Assembly: GCA_011109175.1 (NCBI GenBank)
Contig: RDEW01000023.1
Span: forward strand, 86,257 to 150,256
DNA: 64,000 nt
Origin: Dicyema japonicum
Taxonomy: Eukaryota; Animalia; Dicyemida
Direction: 5' to 3'
Position 1 is the first letter of the stretch. Each line of letters begins with the position of its first letter. The translations under genes were made by a program, and so were the position numbers. Below, one piece after another: positions 39,367-52,885 of the stretch. The notes under the pieces are model-generated. The model was given only the letters and a program-made list of their open reading frames with translations. It made no database searches and had not been told where the DNA came from.

Positions 39367-42140
39367 ATTATTATTAAGGCACTTTCACGAAAGCCATAAT
39401 GTTTATACCCCACATGTGCAACACTCAAAGAAACAATATTTATAGTTAGTCTTCTCCATCTTCCTCTGTCGACTGCGAGTGATCTCAATTCGTTTAGGTC
39501 GTCCCCCGTCTTTAGATTTTTTCTCACACGATTTAAATTTTGTTTAGGCAGTCGAAGTGTCGATCTAGGTCGTCCGCGAAGGGTTTGTCGCAACTGTCAA
39601 AGTAATCTTCCATCGCTTTGTTAGCGAGTGCGTCCGGGTTCACTTTTAATACATGCCCAAATAGCCTCCACCGGGCATCTATCACATCCTTACTATGTAA
39701 GAACACATAAACTTGTTGTAGATACCAGTGGTTGATATTCTACGTGGCCACTCCATTCCGAGTAAGCTTTTTAGTTGCCTTCTATGGAACGAATCCAGTT
39801 TCAATAGTTCGTTGAAGGAACTTCCACATGTCCCAGCGTTGTACAGTAGGATCGGTTTCACAAACGCGTTGTAAAGCCTTCATCTGATGTCAATTACTGT
39901 GCTGTCACGTCCCGTGATACAAAATCCACATCATCCGCATAAGATGTCTCTTCTATGTCTCCTATATAGCATTTACGGAGGTCGCGGAGTGCAGATTCAA
40001 GGTATATGGTGAATAGTAAAGGGGAGAGGGAATCACCCTGGGGTGTCCCAATCGTTGTTTTGAAACTGCGGGAAATTGCTCTTTCTGTCCTCACAGATAG
40101 TCTTGTATTCGCAAGTAGTAGTCTGATTATCCTAACCGACGATTTGTCCAATATTTGCTCAAGCACATTCATCAGTTTCTGTCTGTTTATTTAGTCGAAA
40201 GCTCTGGAAAGATCTATTCCCAACACAGTTGTTGCGCTCTTGAATCTTTGGTGCGTTACGTAGCGCCATCTGTGGCTCCATACAATGTCTGCCGTAGACC
40301 TCCCTTCTCGGAGCCCACTTTGACTTGCTGGTAGATATCCGCCACACCCTTTATCCGGCTTAGTGCAATGTTTGCCAGCACCTTGCGTATCGAATTCAGA
40401 AGTATTATCGGACGGAGATTTTCTACTGGTCCTTTTGATTTGTTCGGTTTTTGTATGGGTATTAATAGTCCATTTCCAAGTCCTAGATCGGTATTAGTTT
40501 CAAAGATGTCATTTAGGGTTTTTGCAATTGTGTCGCTAAGTCTTTTGGCCCATATTTTAGGAGCTCAAGGCTTATGTTGTCCGGCCCAGCACTCTTGTTG
40601 TTCTTCAGTTTATTTATCGCTAATTCCACCTCTTCCACTGTGATTGAGGTTTTTAGCGCCGTTGCTTCTCCCTGGAAAGGTTAAAAGTCTTTATTTTCTT
40701 TATTCAACAGTGTTTCGAAGTGTCGTGCAATCAATTCTGCTTTTTCTTCCGGGTTACCCACGAATTTTCCATCTTTGTCTTTGATGTGAAGGATGTTTTG
40801 TCCTTTCTTTGTCCGCAGCAGCCGCATACATCCTTGAATTTTCCTTTAGGCATTCCACATCTTTTAATAGGGATGTAGTAATTTTCCGTGAGTGTTTTCT
40901 ATTCATCTTTTTGATTTTCCATTTTAGTTTCCTTTGTTGGATATTAAGCTCTTTTTTTACTCTCGTCTGACGTGTTTGCCGCTTTTAGCCGTAGCTCCCT
41001 GCAATACTTAGCCATATCTGGCACGTTCGGGTGGTGATCCAATTTTAGGGCGTGATGATTTCGGACTCCAATGCATATATTGGCCGACTTAGAGATTACC
41101 TGTTTTTGTTTGATCCCACAGAGTTCGTACTGATGATTCCGGTGCGGTTTTCTCCATAAGAGTCTCGATTTGTTCGTGATATTTAGCTCTACAAGTTGGC
41201 TCTAACCACAATTTTTCTGTCTGAAAGTATATATTGGGCTTTGTCTCGCCTTCTTCGCGTTTTCAATGTATTTTTTCCCAGTCAGGTGCTTTTTTACAGA
41301 AAGTTTTGCAATGACGATCCTGTGGTCGCTGTCGTTGTTGTTCCCTGGTAGGAACGTGCATCATTTATCAGGTGTTTATCAGACTTTCGGCAGATAATGT
41401 AGTCGATTTGATTATATATATTCACGGTCTCTCCGACAGAGTTTTTTCTTTGTCCGTGCCACGTCGTCTTGTGGCAAGCTGAGTGCGTAAAGGCCGTGTT
41501 GCACAGGAAAAGGCTATTTGCCTCGCAGAAGTTTACCAGAGAGGCTCCAGATGCATTTCTTCTTCCGCGCCGTGTCTTCCAATAGAGGATTCTTTGGGCC
41601 CCATTCGCATTCCGGCTTTTGCATTTATATCTCCCGCAACAAAAACAAGGGACGAGGAAGCATTATTAGAGTATGTGCTTGATAGTTCTGAGTAGAATTC
41701 CTCGAGCTCACCGGGGTTCTTGATTACTCGTCCACAGTGTGGTGCATAGACATTTATGACGGTTAGTAGACTCTTGGACGGGCATAGTTCATTTAGTTTG
41801 ACTTGTAGGACACATATTCGGTCGTTGACTCTCCAATAGCGATGTAATTTTTTAGGGTAATCCACGTGTAGAGCAAATCCCATGCCGTAATGCTTGCATT
41901 CAGTTGGGAAGAGAATCAATCGGTAGTTGTTCCATGTCTCATCGCGTCCATTTTCGATTTTCGTCTCTTGTAGGCAGCCAATAGATATTTTGTATTTCTC
42001 GAGATCGTCACAAAGTACTTTCCTTTCCAATCTTTCAATATTCTACGTACGTTGAACGTCATTAGCTTGAGTTCTCGATTGTATAATGAGTGTTTTTCAG
42101 ACATTTTTCTTAACCGTTGTACAAAGAAGAAACGAGGCAC
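39367..42140 (-). mobile_element. Near full-length RTE-like LINE (APE+RT), internally deleted
   Basis: MTFNVR, CLQETK, INVYAPH, AGDINAK, GTPQGDSLSPLLF, YADD, GRPR; (TAA)n 3' tail. Confidence 0.93.
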
Positions 42141-42283
42141 GTCACCACCTCATCAAAAAAGGAAGGAATTCTAATTATATTTAAAGATAAATATATATTT
42201 AATTTGTTAAAGATTGATCTTATTAATAATAAATTAAATTGTGTTGCATTTTTTTAATAAATTAAATTGTGTTACATTTTGTG

Positions 42284-44101
42284 ATGGTTTTAATTAATGT
42301 AATATTAGTCCCCTTTAACAGACGACTCGGAACCTTTCTCAGCCAAAATAGTAAGCCATACAACATTCAAAGACCACACAGTTTAGTTAAAATAAAACTC
42401 CTAGGAATATTCAATATTGGTCACAAAAGGATATGATAATCAAGTAACGTACTCAGTGGGAAAGAGATACAGCCAATTTGAATATTTATATACTCTTCTA
42501 AGCAAGTATTTTTCTCAAACCCCCCAAATTCCACCTAAAAAGGTAATAGGGAAACTCAATTACCAATTTGTTCAGCGCAGACTGGATGATTTGCAGGTTA
42601 TTGTCAATTAATAATATATAGAATTTTTTAAACCTAATTTTACAACATTTTCTTCTTTCTAAGTTTTGGATTGTTAAGGAATTCTTGGAAACATTTGAAA
42701 ACCGTAGAATCATTAATGGTAACCGCAAATAGCCATTTTAGATGTGCATACTGAGAATACCTATATTTTTTTCAGAAATGACAAAAACTGGACAGTCCAC
42801 AAAATGCTTGGAGATATTGGCTGGAGGGGATCAAAAAACTACTTTACAGTCTCCAAGGCTAGTCAGAACAAACAAAAGACGGACTATCTTCTCTCCTTTG
42901 TTTTTGTTATTCCTTACTTTAGACTGAGTTCTCAGCAGACCGTAGTTTGTCTTCAAACAATTTGGAAGCTGTCGTTAATTTATTTGGAGATTTACAAGTA
43001 CTCTTGTCTGTGTATATCCACAATGGTTGTAGTGTCAGCTAATTATTCCACCTGTCTCCGTTCATTTTTCCATCTCTGGTATGTACTCAACCCATGTGTT
43101 TCTACCCAACGGATCAGTCAGAGACCAGATGAGCAAAGTAATTATCATTATATCACTACAAGAACAAGTACTCTGCCTCCTTTCTAAAGAAAATGAGTTG
43201 TGAACCTGTAAACCATTCACTTCCACCTGCCTCTGTTAACCTTATGGCCTTGCACCTCCTCAAAGCACTGAAATATCTTCACTCTCACGGATTCTTCCAT
43301 GGTTCATTATAGTGTTTATTGATAGGGAATGTTCAGTTAGGGAATGTTTTCTTCGTAAACGGCATTTACAAATTGGCAGAATGTGAGAGTTCTCTCGTTG
43401 GTTCCACGAGTTTGTTTAGACCCTTCTGTGTTGGACATAGGGCCATTAAAGTTTTAATATCTCTGATTCTAGAGTACTGAGGCCTTTGATATCTATTGTT
43501 ATGGTCATTTGCTCTATGAGGCTTCCACGGGGAGACTTTCTTACTGAACCCTTTATGGACACAGAGTCAGCCCACGTGCTAATTAGTGACCAGGATTTAG
43601 GTTTCTTTTAATATTATTCAGTCTATGTATTGTCTTCTATTCTCGGAAATCAAACACTCAAATCAGGGATTCCTTCTATTGACAATTTGTTGGAGATCAA
43701 GTTGGTCACGTGGTCATATTTTAGGTACTTTAGATACATCACAGACTATGTTTCGTCTCTTCACACTCGCATACCTAGAAAAATACAGGGATTATTGCAG
43801 ACTCATAGTGAAAAGTGGTTGGAGAGATTGATTGCCAACAGAAAATTGGTTGGGGAGTAATTTAAATTCAGATTAAAAAGGCCACTGTGAGAGACAGATT
43901 ATCCTCTCTACCTTCTGAGGAGAAGAACCGCATTCTGAGCCTCCACAAGGTTACTGTAGCACTGATTGTTGTAGAAACAGTCAAAGGGCTTGTTTGGATG
44001 GGAGTGTAGCTAAGGAAATAACAAGTGAGTCTGGAGAAGTGGTGGAGAACACTAAACAGACTTTTATAATGGAAGCACCTAAGGAAGAACCAAAGTCATG
44101 A
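42284..44101 (+). CDS. PXK: PX domain-containing protein kinase-like protein
   Basis: PX motif KRYSQF..IPPKKVIG; IFFRND..GDIGWR; FLKK..; LKYLHSHGFFHG; FDIYCYGHLLYE; GIPSIDNLL. Many 20-35-nt introns; frame breaks at about 42299 and 43530; C-terminus uncertain. Confidence 0.88.
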
Positions 44102-45469
44102 GGATCAAGGAATATCCTTTTTGCCGATATTTGCAAAAAACGGATGGATTAATGATTATTTATTAATTGGTGTTTTATTAATATTAATTTTTTGTCTATA
44201 TTGCAATCATCTCTCAGGGAATCATACAAATAGCACATTTAGGTATTACGGTCTCACTGTGCTTTCATCATGACATTTCTGCAATTGTGGAATCAATTTG
44301 AAAAATAATATCAAATTTTGTCTTGAAATAAGAGTACTGATAAATTTCAGGAAAATACATGACTTGTGCCATCGTTTCAAGAGAAATTGACGATATTCAA
44401 CAACAAACTATTTTATCTTCAACTTTATTATTAATGGGGTTCACTGGTGGGAGACGTCAGAAGAGTTATCTAACAATGACTTATATATTCGCTATCAACG
44501 TTGTAGGACAGTTTTATTTTATTGAATACTTTTTTGGATTTTATTTGGGATTAAAATCCTAAATGAATACGTCTACGGACAGGAGATCTCAGAATCCCTA
44601 CTTTCCTCGAATAACTGTGATTACGTACTCGTAATCGAGTTAAATGCATGCTGCAGATCAACATTTATGCTGGAAAATGTTCACTATTACTTGGTTTGTT
44701 ACATTACTGTAGTATAATTTTTCACATTGTATGTTCTTTCAATAATTGATGAAGACATCAGTAATAGGAAATGATGGGTTAACTATACTAAGTTTATACA
44801 ACGTTGATTGTGCTAAATTATAAGACCTACTTTCAACTGAATATATTAAAGAGAACACAAATTACTAATGGCATAATTCATTAATCTGATTGTTGCATCT
44901 TCCTTGTATTGAAAGAGACAGTCATCAATGATGTAAACAACGTTAAAAGTTTATGGAGTCATCTGTATCTTTCAAAACAGTTCCCCCAAGTCACTAAACC
45001 ATTCTCTGATAATAAATATTCTCAATTTGTCAAAATATAAAAATATTTACGAAAAATGGGTTATAACTTAAATTTAAGACATTTTTGTTAACATTAACAA
45101 TTGAGATAATTTTAAGAAAGAAAAGAGAGTAAATGGTCATATAGCGGCAGCCCTGATTGCTTGGCTATTCCCTCTCAGGATAGCGATTCGCTCAAATAAC
45201 CAGCAGCGCTAACGAGGGTCTTCTGTTCGTGTAGCGATCCGATTCCCAAAAAAAGAAAAATTGCAATTACTAAAGACAATCGCGAGGAAATGAATCAGGG
45301 TATCGTATCAAATGACAATTCACTTACATTGATGGGGATTAAAGAACAGCTCATTAATAATGCTAATATTACAATCTCTCAACAATTCATCGCACTTTCA
45401 AGAGAATGAAGTATTCAAGAAAAAGAATCAAAAAGGTGTCGGTGACAACAACATCTGAAAAAATCTACA

Positions 45470-45900
45470 TGCGAGACACTTTTTTCGCAAAACCAAGGGA
45501 AATAGAAACATAGTATTTCTAGATAAAAGTTAATATACATAAATTATGGGTATTCCCATTAACATTGAACCAACATTATATCATCAAAGGGACAAAGTGT
45601 CACTTTGTGGGATCATTTCGAACACAAAAATAGAATATTTCGAACTTATATCGGAATCGACTACCAAATTTTTTGAATTTTTTTAATAAAAATAAATGGA
45701 ATATTAAGACACAAAACCGTGATTGCATAATGTCAGATTTCATCACTGCGAAGAAATCAAAATGTTTTTAAGAAGAGAAAATGTTGAGCTACTCTATCTA
45801 CTACCATATAGTCCAGACCTCAATCCTAAAGAAAATGTTTTTTCTACAATTAAAGCAAAAATGGATAAGACCACGTGTTTCAAATTAGATTGAATTGAAA
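45470..45900 (+). mobile_element. Tc1/IS630-type transposase remnant
   Basis: VFLD.. and NVRFHH..LYLLPYSPDLNPKENVFSTIK. Confidence 0.8.
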
Positions 45901-46379
45901 TCAATCATTATGAGTGTTCGCAATACTCTGAATAATGAAAGGGATCTTTTTGCCAGCATATATGCAGCAACGTGGGACCTTATAAACAGAATTTTTAGAA
46001 GGCAGAATAATTAATTTTGATGATTTGTTGTTGTTATTTTTGATTTTTAAAAACTAAAAAATTCTTAAAAATTTATATTTATGAAACTAGAATGCAATTT
46101 CGTTATTGAACCGTCACTATTTTGAACGCTGACAAAATTATTAGACAATTTTGCTACGACAGTGACAGGATCCTTGTATGGATATTCAAACCTTTGTAGA
46201 CGCAAAGAAGGATTAGTACCATAATCTTTCTGAATACGAACCTTTTAGTAATTATAAATTGAATACAAAATCTTCATTGTTAATTCATAATTTGATTCAT
46301 TGTTTAATTCATAATTTGATCGATCCCATTTTCCTATTTATTCTTTTATCATAAAAGCACTCAGATCGACTTTCGGCAA

Positions 46380-47052
46380 ATTAAACTTGAAGTCATCTTT
46401 TGTAAAATTAAAGGAAAAAACCTTTACTAAATGTTTCGGGGTTATCTTGAATGTCTGGCTCCGTTACTTCAATACTATTTTCCACAATAGAATTGAACCC
46501 CGGGATCCTTCAATATCTCTGAAACGGACAAATACCTACAAGAAATAAAAGCACAAATTTACACGTGGATGAGTGAGGGGTTTGATTGTATAAATACACT
46601 TTTTTCGGATATTCTTTATCAACTCTTTCTTGTCACTCGAAGCCATCAATTTTGCTAAACGTCTTGTGATCGTCTGATTAAATCTTTCAACGTTCCCCTG
46701 ACCCTGAGGATTGTTAGGTCTTCCATGGATTTGAGTAATTCTGTAATCCTCACACAATTTTCTGATATGACCGTTCTTGAACTCTGTGCCGTTGTTGGAA
46801 TGTAGAAACCTACAAGGCCCAGAATCCATGAAAATGTCTTCTAATTTGTTGGTCACCTCGATTCCACTTTTATTTCCAGGTTCCTTGTAAATCCATATTA
46901 ACTGACAACAACCAAGAAAAATGATCATTTTGACTTTCAAATCTACACAAATAACCTAATGATCTATTTTTTAAAAGATCAACTTGAAATCTCTCATTAA
47001 ATAAATCTGTAACAATACGACTATAATCTTCAAATTGCGAACTGGCAAACAT
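46380..47052 (-). mobile_element. rve integrase remnant (Ginger2/KRBA2-like)
   Basis: ERFQVDL, LHSNNGTEFKN, IHGRPNNPQGQGNVERFNQTI; no RT or LTR nearby. Confidence 0.8.
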
Positions 47053-47269
47053 TGAGTTGCAAATCGAGGATTTTATGGGAATATAAATAGTAATAAATTC
47101 AGTTCCAAATCAAAGTTTTCAGTAATTTTGGCAGAGATCCTACAAAGTATTCCAAAAACTGAGGTGTTCCAGCCCCGAGGTACGTTCCAAATCGAGGTCG
47201 GACTGTATAATATAAATAATATAAGACTCGTTTATTTATCTGTCTCAAATTCTTCAATTAATGACAGCC

Positions 47270-48290
47270 TTGCGAACTGGAGAGGATTCAAGGAGTACGT
47301 CGACACTTGCATTGAACTACTGAATATTCCCACTCCTCCCTCCGTTTAACAATAGTGTCATGGTTCAACTCGATCATAAACGCTGTGAAAAGAAAGTACA
47401 TTCCAATGGGCAGGCAACCTACGTCATCACAACGTTACAACACAACGACGAACGTTCATCAGAGAATGAAATAATCTAAAAATGGTGAAATCCCCAACAG
47501 AAGAGAACATCAGAAAACTACGATAACTGATCAGAGATCGTAACAGAAAACTTTGTTGCTGATCGACAAGAACATAGAGAAAATTCAAATAGATGGAGGA
47601 GACTATCGAAGGCTCTCTGCAAGAACCCCAACGCAGAGAGTCTGGAAATGGATCAAGAACATCAAAAGAACCTTCCCAGAGAGAAAAGGCGAAGACAATC
47701 TCATAAAATATTATACTGATATCTCCTACAAGAAATGAACTATTTTCCTACCGCCTAATATCTATTCTGAGTCCGGTCTTAAGGATCCTTGAAAGGCTTG
47801 TTCTGGAAAAAGTACAAGACTCAATCTCAATACCTCCGACCTAGCACGGATTCTGGGCTAACCATTTGACCACAACCCTCACACAATTCATTGCGGAAGA
47901 ATTTAACTCCCCCAAACCCCATCAGAAGGCAGTACTTATATCCGTGGAAATCTCAAAAGCGTTCGACTCAGTCACTAGAAAACTCCTTACAAAGAAAATA
48001 TTTGAAACCAACATCCATCCGAACTTGAAACTTTGACTTGTAAATTCTTAAATGGAAGACGAGCACAAGTACTCTACAACAACATAAAATCAAGATCTCG
48101 CTACCTTCCAAGTAGAGTCCCTCAAGGCTCCCCACTGTCACAACTGTTCATCTCTACATTTACATCATTCTTGCCTCCAAGGACAGAAGCATTCAATCAC
48201 AGACTCAGTCCGATCTACAAATGCTTGACAATCTGGAACTATGGCTCTCGAAGCGAAGACACATCAACAACAAAGTCATCTGTCACGAGA
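47270..48290 (+). mobile_element. LINE family V, internal fragment
   Basis: Near-identical to 190-1200 and to the reverse complement of about 61600-62720. Confidence 0.92.
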
Positions 48291-48585
48291 TTTAATTCCA
48301 CTTGTATTAGAATTTCTGAAAAAAAACCAGACGAATTGAGACTACATCGATTCATTTTGTTTCTGACTATTACTGTTTCTTCAATATTTTTTAAAGAATT
48401 ATAATTTAAAAACTTTCATGGCAAAATACAGTCCAACCTCTATTTGGGGCGCACCTCCGATGTGGGGCATTTCTACTTCGTTTTGGACGCTTTATAAATT
48501 TTCTACCAAAAGTGTGATAAATCAATTAAATTTAGCACCTCTATTTGGGGATTATTTTTTATTATATAAATTTACTAAAAATTGG

Positions 48586-49290
48586 TTAGAGCAGAACAAT
48601 TAAAGACAATTCTCCCCTCTTCGATTTTTTAAAGCCATATGAGCATAAGGTATTGCGTATTTCTTCCTCATTTTGCTTCTTTCCGTTCATTTCACTAGCC
48701 GTTTGAATTTGCTCAAGTTGGTGCTTAAGTTTAGTGAGTTTGTTTTTCATTGATTCTTCCCAACTACTTTTAGTGTTTTTCTTTTTAGTAAGAGCCTCAT
48801 AAGTGCACTGCCCCGCAATATATTCCTTGATTGCTGCATTAATTCCACACAGAATCTCTATTCTAAGCATTTTCTAGGAATCTTAATAGTATGGATACCA
48901 AGGTTCCTTCCTGAAGTGAGTAATTTCGCATTTTTACAACGAAACTCATCAAAACATTTTCGAAAATTTGAAACTTCTACCAACTGTTTTTCTTTCACTG
49001 ACAGGCTACAAAATAGTTCACTGGATTTGCAGGAGAGAAGCACTTGAAATTGGCAATGGACTTGGATTTCCCGAATCTCAAGTTAAAAGGTTTCGTAATC
49101 AGAGGCCACCCACCACTGGGAATCCTCTTGAATCTTGATTTTGCAAACTCAAGGACTTCCACCGCCCATTGTTTCTGCTCCACAGTATGAACTTTGTAAA
49201 CTAGACATTGCAGAGAGAAGATGTTCTTTAAGGTCAGTATTGACAACTTGTGTTTTGGGCAAGTCATCGACCACATTCTCTATGGTTCTT
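48586..49290 (-). mobile_element. N-terminal fragment of an R4-like REL retrotransposon
   Basis: Myb-like W..EVLEFA..IPSGGW..PFN..FGKSKS and YIAGQCTYE..SSWEE motifs. Confidence 0.55.
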
Positions 49291-49434
49291 TTGTTTTTTC
49301 TTTTATTAATTTTCGTAGATTGGTCGAATTAAACATATTTCTTTTATTACAAGGACCATGTCTCAAATCCCCACAAAATAGAACATAACAATTTATTAAT
49401 AATTAGTAAAATAAGTAATCAATTATGCTTCTTT

Positions 49435-52400
49435 TTAATCTACACTAACACCTACCATAACCTTATCCCTTCTCTCATCCACCATAACCTCCACATCTAA
49501 TGCCTCCAAATAGTTGGAATAACTCCACTCCATCTTATTTCCTTGCAGTTGGACAGTCTTCCCTGTTTGCTTCGTCTCCTTCACTATTTTTTTGACCTCC
49601 TCCACTGTCTCCCCATCTACCTCCTTGATCTTTGGAGAGACTGTGTTCTTTCTAAACTCTCCAAACTCCGCCCAAATGGTGAGCAGCCATCGAAACACAG
49701 AGAACTACAACATCACACACAGCCTACGTGGGCCTCCCTGAACAAATAAGGGTTCAAGTCCCCCGTTGTGTCAATGATCTTCTCTACTGCAGCCTTCCCC
49801 ACTGCCACCTGTATCTGTGGGGGAATGTGAGAGTTCAAGAAACAGTTTATAATCGAAGTCACCTTGGTCCTCTTCAGGGAATCGTCACACTTTGATAGGA
49901 ACAGTTGCTTTGATGATTTACAGTCACTACCTTGTACTTCTGGACCTCCTCCCAAAACATGAGGTTTGTCTCACAGTTAGATCCCTTTGATCTCAAATAG
50001 ACCCGGAACCGCTCGTAGATCCTCGGGTCCTTCATGGAGGCTCTAAAGTCGAGGATTTCCACAGCACTAGGCTCCGGTTTCAATTCCTTGAATAAACACA
50101 CCTTTAACCGGTGTAATGCTCTTTTTTCCCACCTTTTCTGTCAGGTCCTCAATTTCCTCCTTCTTCATCTTCTCCTCAGCCTTCTCCACTACCACAGCAG
50201 GGACCGGATCCTCTGTTAGGTTCTGCAGGAAAGCAGGGATCCACTTTGAGTTGAGTCTGTTAGCCACGTGAGTCTGCATGATCGAGACTATCTTTGGCGG
50301 TGGGATATCATTCAGCAGCTTAGACCACCCCCCACAGAGAGCCATAGCCTGAGTTACTCAAAGAGGCACCTTGTTCTGCTCCTTCTCGCTGGCAGGAGAG
50401 TTCTCACCAAAGAAATATTTGTTGTTGAGGTACCGTCCTTTGATTTCTATCAGTTTAATGTCGCAGGAAGCCTTGTCCACGTGGGACAGTCTCTTGAAGG
50501 CCTCAATATCCAGCCAGCATTCCAGGTCTATCGAGGCACCGTTCTCCCTTAGGAACTCCTTCAACCGTTCAATCTCCACACTGAGAGTAAGCCTCCACCA
50601 ACCCGTCACTGAGGATTGACTGTATGGTAACTTTGGACTTTTTGGACGTCGCAGCTTTGATTTCCGGATGGAACACTGGCTCCACGTAATCCTTCATCGG
50701 CTCAAATGGGAACAATATCTCCTTCAATTAAAGAGAGAAAAACCTTCTTAACTCTTCCACGTGCCACAAACTCGTTGACAGCTCTCGACTTGGTTTCCAG
50801 TTTAACGGAAATGGTTTTCTGCGGCACCTACAAAAATATATTCCCAATCAATGTATTTAATGCAGCTTTCATGTTTAATTGGACAATCAATGCGCTAATT
50901 ATCACCTTCTTAAGCCTAGTCTTGTCCAACTCGCAGTACTCCACGTGGGTTGGCATCAATTTCGCCAACACGAAAGACTCCACTTTATTAAACAGATTTT
51001 TTGTGTGTCGATCCAAATTGTTATAAATTTCGCGGGATTTTTCGTTCGGAAATCCAAAATAGTTTTGTGCATCTGAGTGGAGACATGTAGCATAAATGTA
51101 CTAAATTCAGTCTCCAGTAAACTTTGGAGTATTTTTCTACCAAATTAACGTCAAAAGGCTCCAAATCAAATAGATTCTTGTAGTCCTCTATTAGGTTCCA
51201 TATTTTGTAACAATTCTTGAGAGTTTCATCCTTCTTGTTCAGCAAGTGATCGTACAAGACGTAACCAGCCAGCTTCTCCAATTTCATGCATCTCCTCACT
51301 TTGTCTAGTATTTCTTCACTTTTTTCCCGCCTCTCCTATAAATAATTTAAAATTCAAATTTGACAGAATCGGCCGACGTGTGAGCATGGGCGTCAAAATA
51401 TACTCTGAACGGCTTGGCCAGCTCGTTCTCGATTTCAATAATATTCTTGTGCAACTCCCTAACGTGATCCCTTCCAATAAGCTGATCCCTTCGCAGGAAC
51501 ATCGGCATCCTTGGATGAAGCGAAATCACACCAGTACGTCAGTAAAGGTTCAATAATCTTGTTTTGGAGTTTCAGAATAGTCTCTCTGTTCCAGTTGGCG
51601 GGGTTGTTGACCTCTTCAAGATGTCGGGGATCGATTGCGTTACTTGACGTAGGCCGAGTGAAAATATCCTGTATTGATTTAGGAAACCTGTATGAACACG
51701 TGAATGTTACTGAATTTGGTCGTGGATGAGTTTTAGTCTGTCAATTTCGCGCCAAAAAGAAAAGAATCTTCCTGCGTTATTGGCTTTGAGAAACTCCTCG
51801 AACATTTCAAGAGATTCAAGCGAATTTATCGTTGTGGTTAACCTTTTTGGTAATAAATTGCTTGCGACCTTTCCTTCTTTTGTTGGGTTTGTTTATATAT
51901 AATCTCGTCGACGTCTTCGAAGGGGTCTTCATAGTGGACTTGCCTCTTTCCTTGCTTAACCTGCAAAATTGGCGATCCTTGGCTTTTATGATCTCCGATT
52001 GGCTGGGTTTCTTGGGTCTTTTCGATCTCTTCGTCAATGTTTGGCGCCCCGTCAGACTCGTTGAGGGAATACTTTGTCCGAGGATCAACCCCTACGGGGG
52101 ACTGGGTTGAAAAGTCCCCCTTCAGCTTATCGTTCGTGAGTGGGTTGAAAGCCAAGAAGCTAATATTTCTGATCTCGTCATCTGACATGCTATTCTGACT
52201 AGTTCGACGACTCGGTTGCACAGTGGCCTCTTCGGACAGTGAGAGCAGGAAGGGAGACAACGCCGATTCCCTCTCTTCTGCTGCCTCTTGAAGCATGGGA
52301 GTTACATAATCGAAGACAATTTGACTAAAGTCAGTGTTCGTTGTGATCTAAGTAAAAATTATGTTTACTTGTGACAGTAAACGTCCAAGTCTGTAGTGCA

Positions 52401-52852
52401 TGTAGTACTCACTTTGTAGGAAATGTCCCAGTCTATTGACTTTGACCCACGTGACTGTTTGGGAACCCAGAAGGATCTATTAGTTAGGATGATCTAAACC
52501 TTGACGTTATAGTTGATCTTAATATCCTCGTCAGTGTCGACAGGTTTCCCTTGGTGCTCTGCCAGGACTTGAGTGCGGATTTGTGATATTAGTTTGTCCC
52601 GATGAGGACTGATAAGCTCAAAGGTGTAGTTGTTGCAGTTGAATTTTATTTGTTTTGGAAAAGTCTATGAGGAGAAAACAAATACTTCAAGGGACAGGAA
52701 TCGATTAAAACAATCTAAGAAAAGCTCATCCGTCGACAGCAGTTTTTCCTAAGAGATTATGATTTATAGTACAAAGTTAGCCTCACTGCACTCAGGAGGA
52801 TCTATTTTTACCGCTATTAGTTTAAATTACTTGACTTTATTATGACTGACAT
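49435..52852 (-). CDS. RGS22: Regulator of G-protein signalling 22-like (multi-RGS-like domains)
   Basis: LSTDELFLDCFNRFLSL, PLLTYW, FLRENGASIDLECWLDIE..YLNNKYFFGENSPAS..CGGWSKLL, IINCFLNSHIPP, PYLFREA, WSYSNYLEAL. Many introns, mostly 20-29 nt; the first exon junction is uncertain. Confidence 0.9.
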
Positions 52853-52885
52853 TAGTTGCCAAGCAATATTAATTTACAAAATATA

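Noticed and set aside
39300-39375. Poly-Ile ORF (39300-39593)
   Set aside because: It is a translation of abutting (TAA)n and (TTA)n retroelement tails.
51830-51875. Apparent -1 frameshift in RGS22
   Set aside because: Resolved by a canonical 26-nt GT-AG intron; other RGS22 frame changes are likewise explained by micro-introns.
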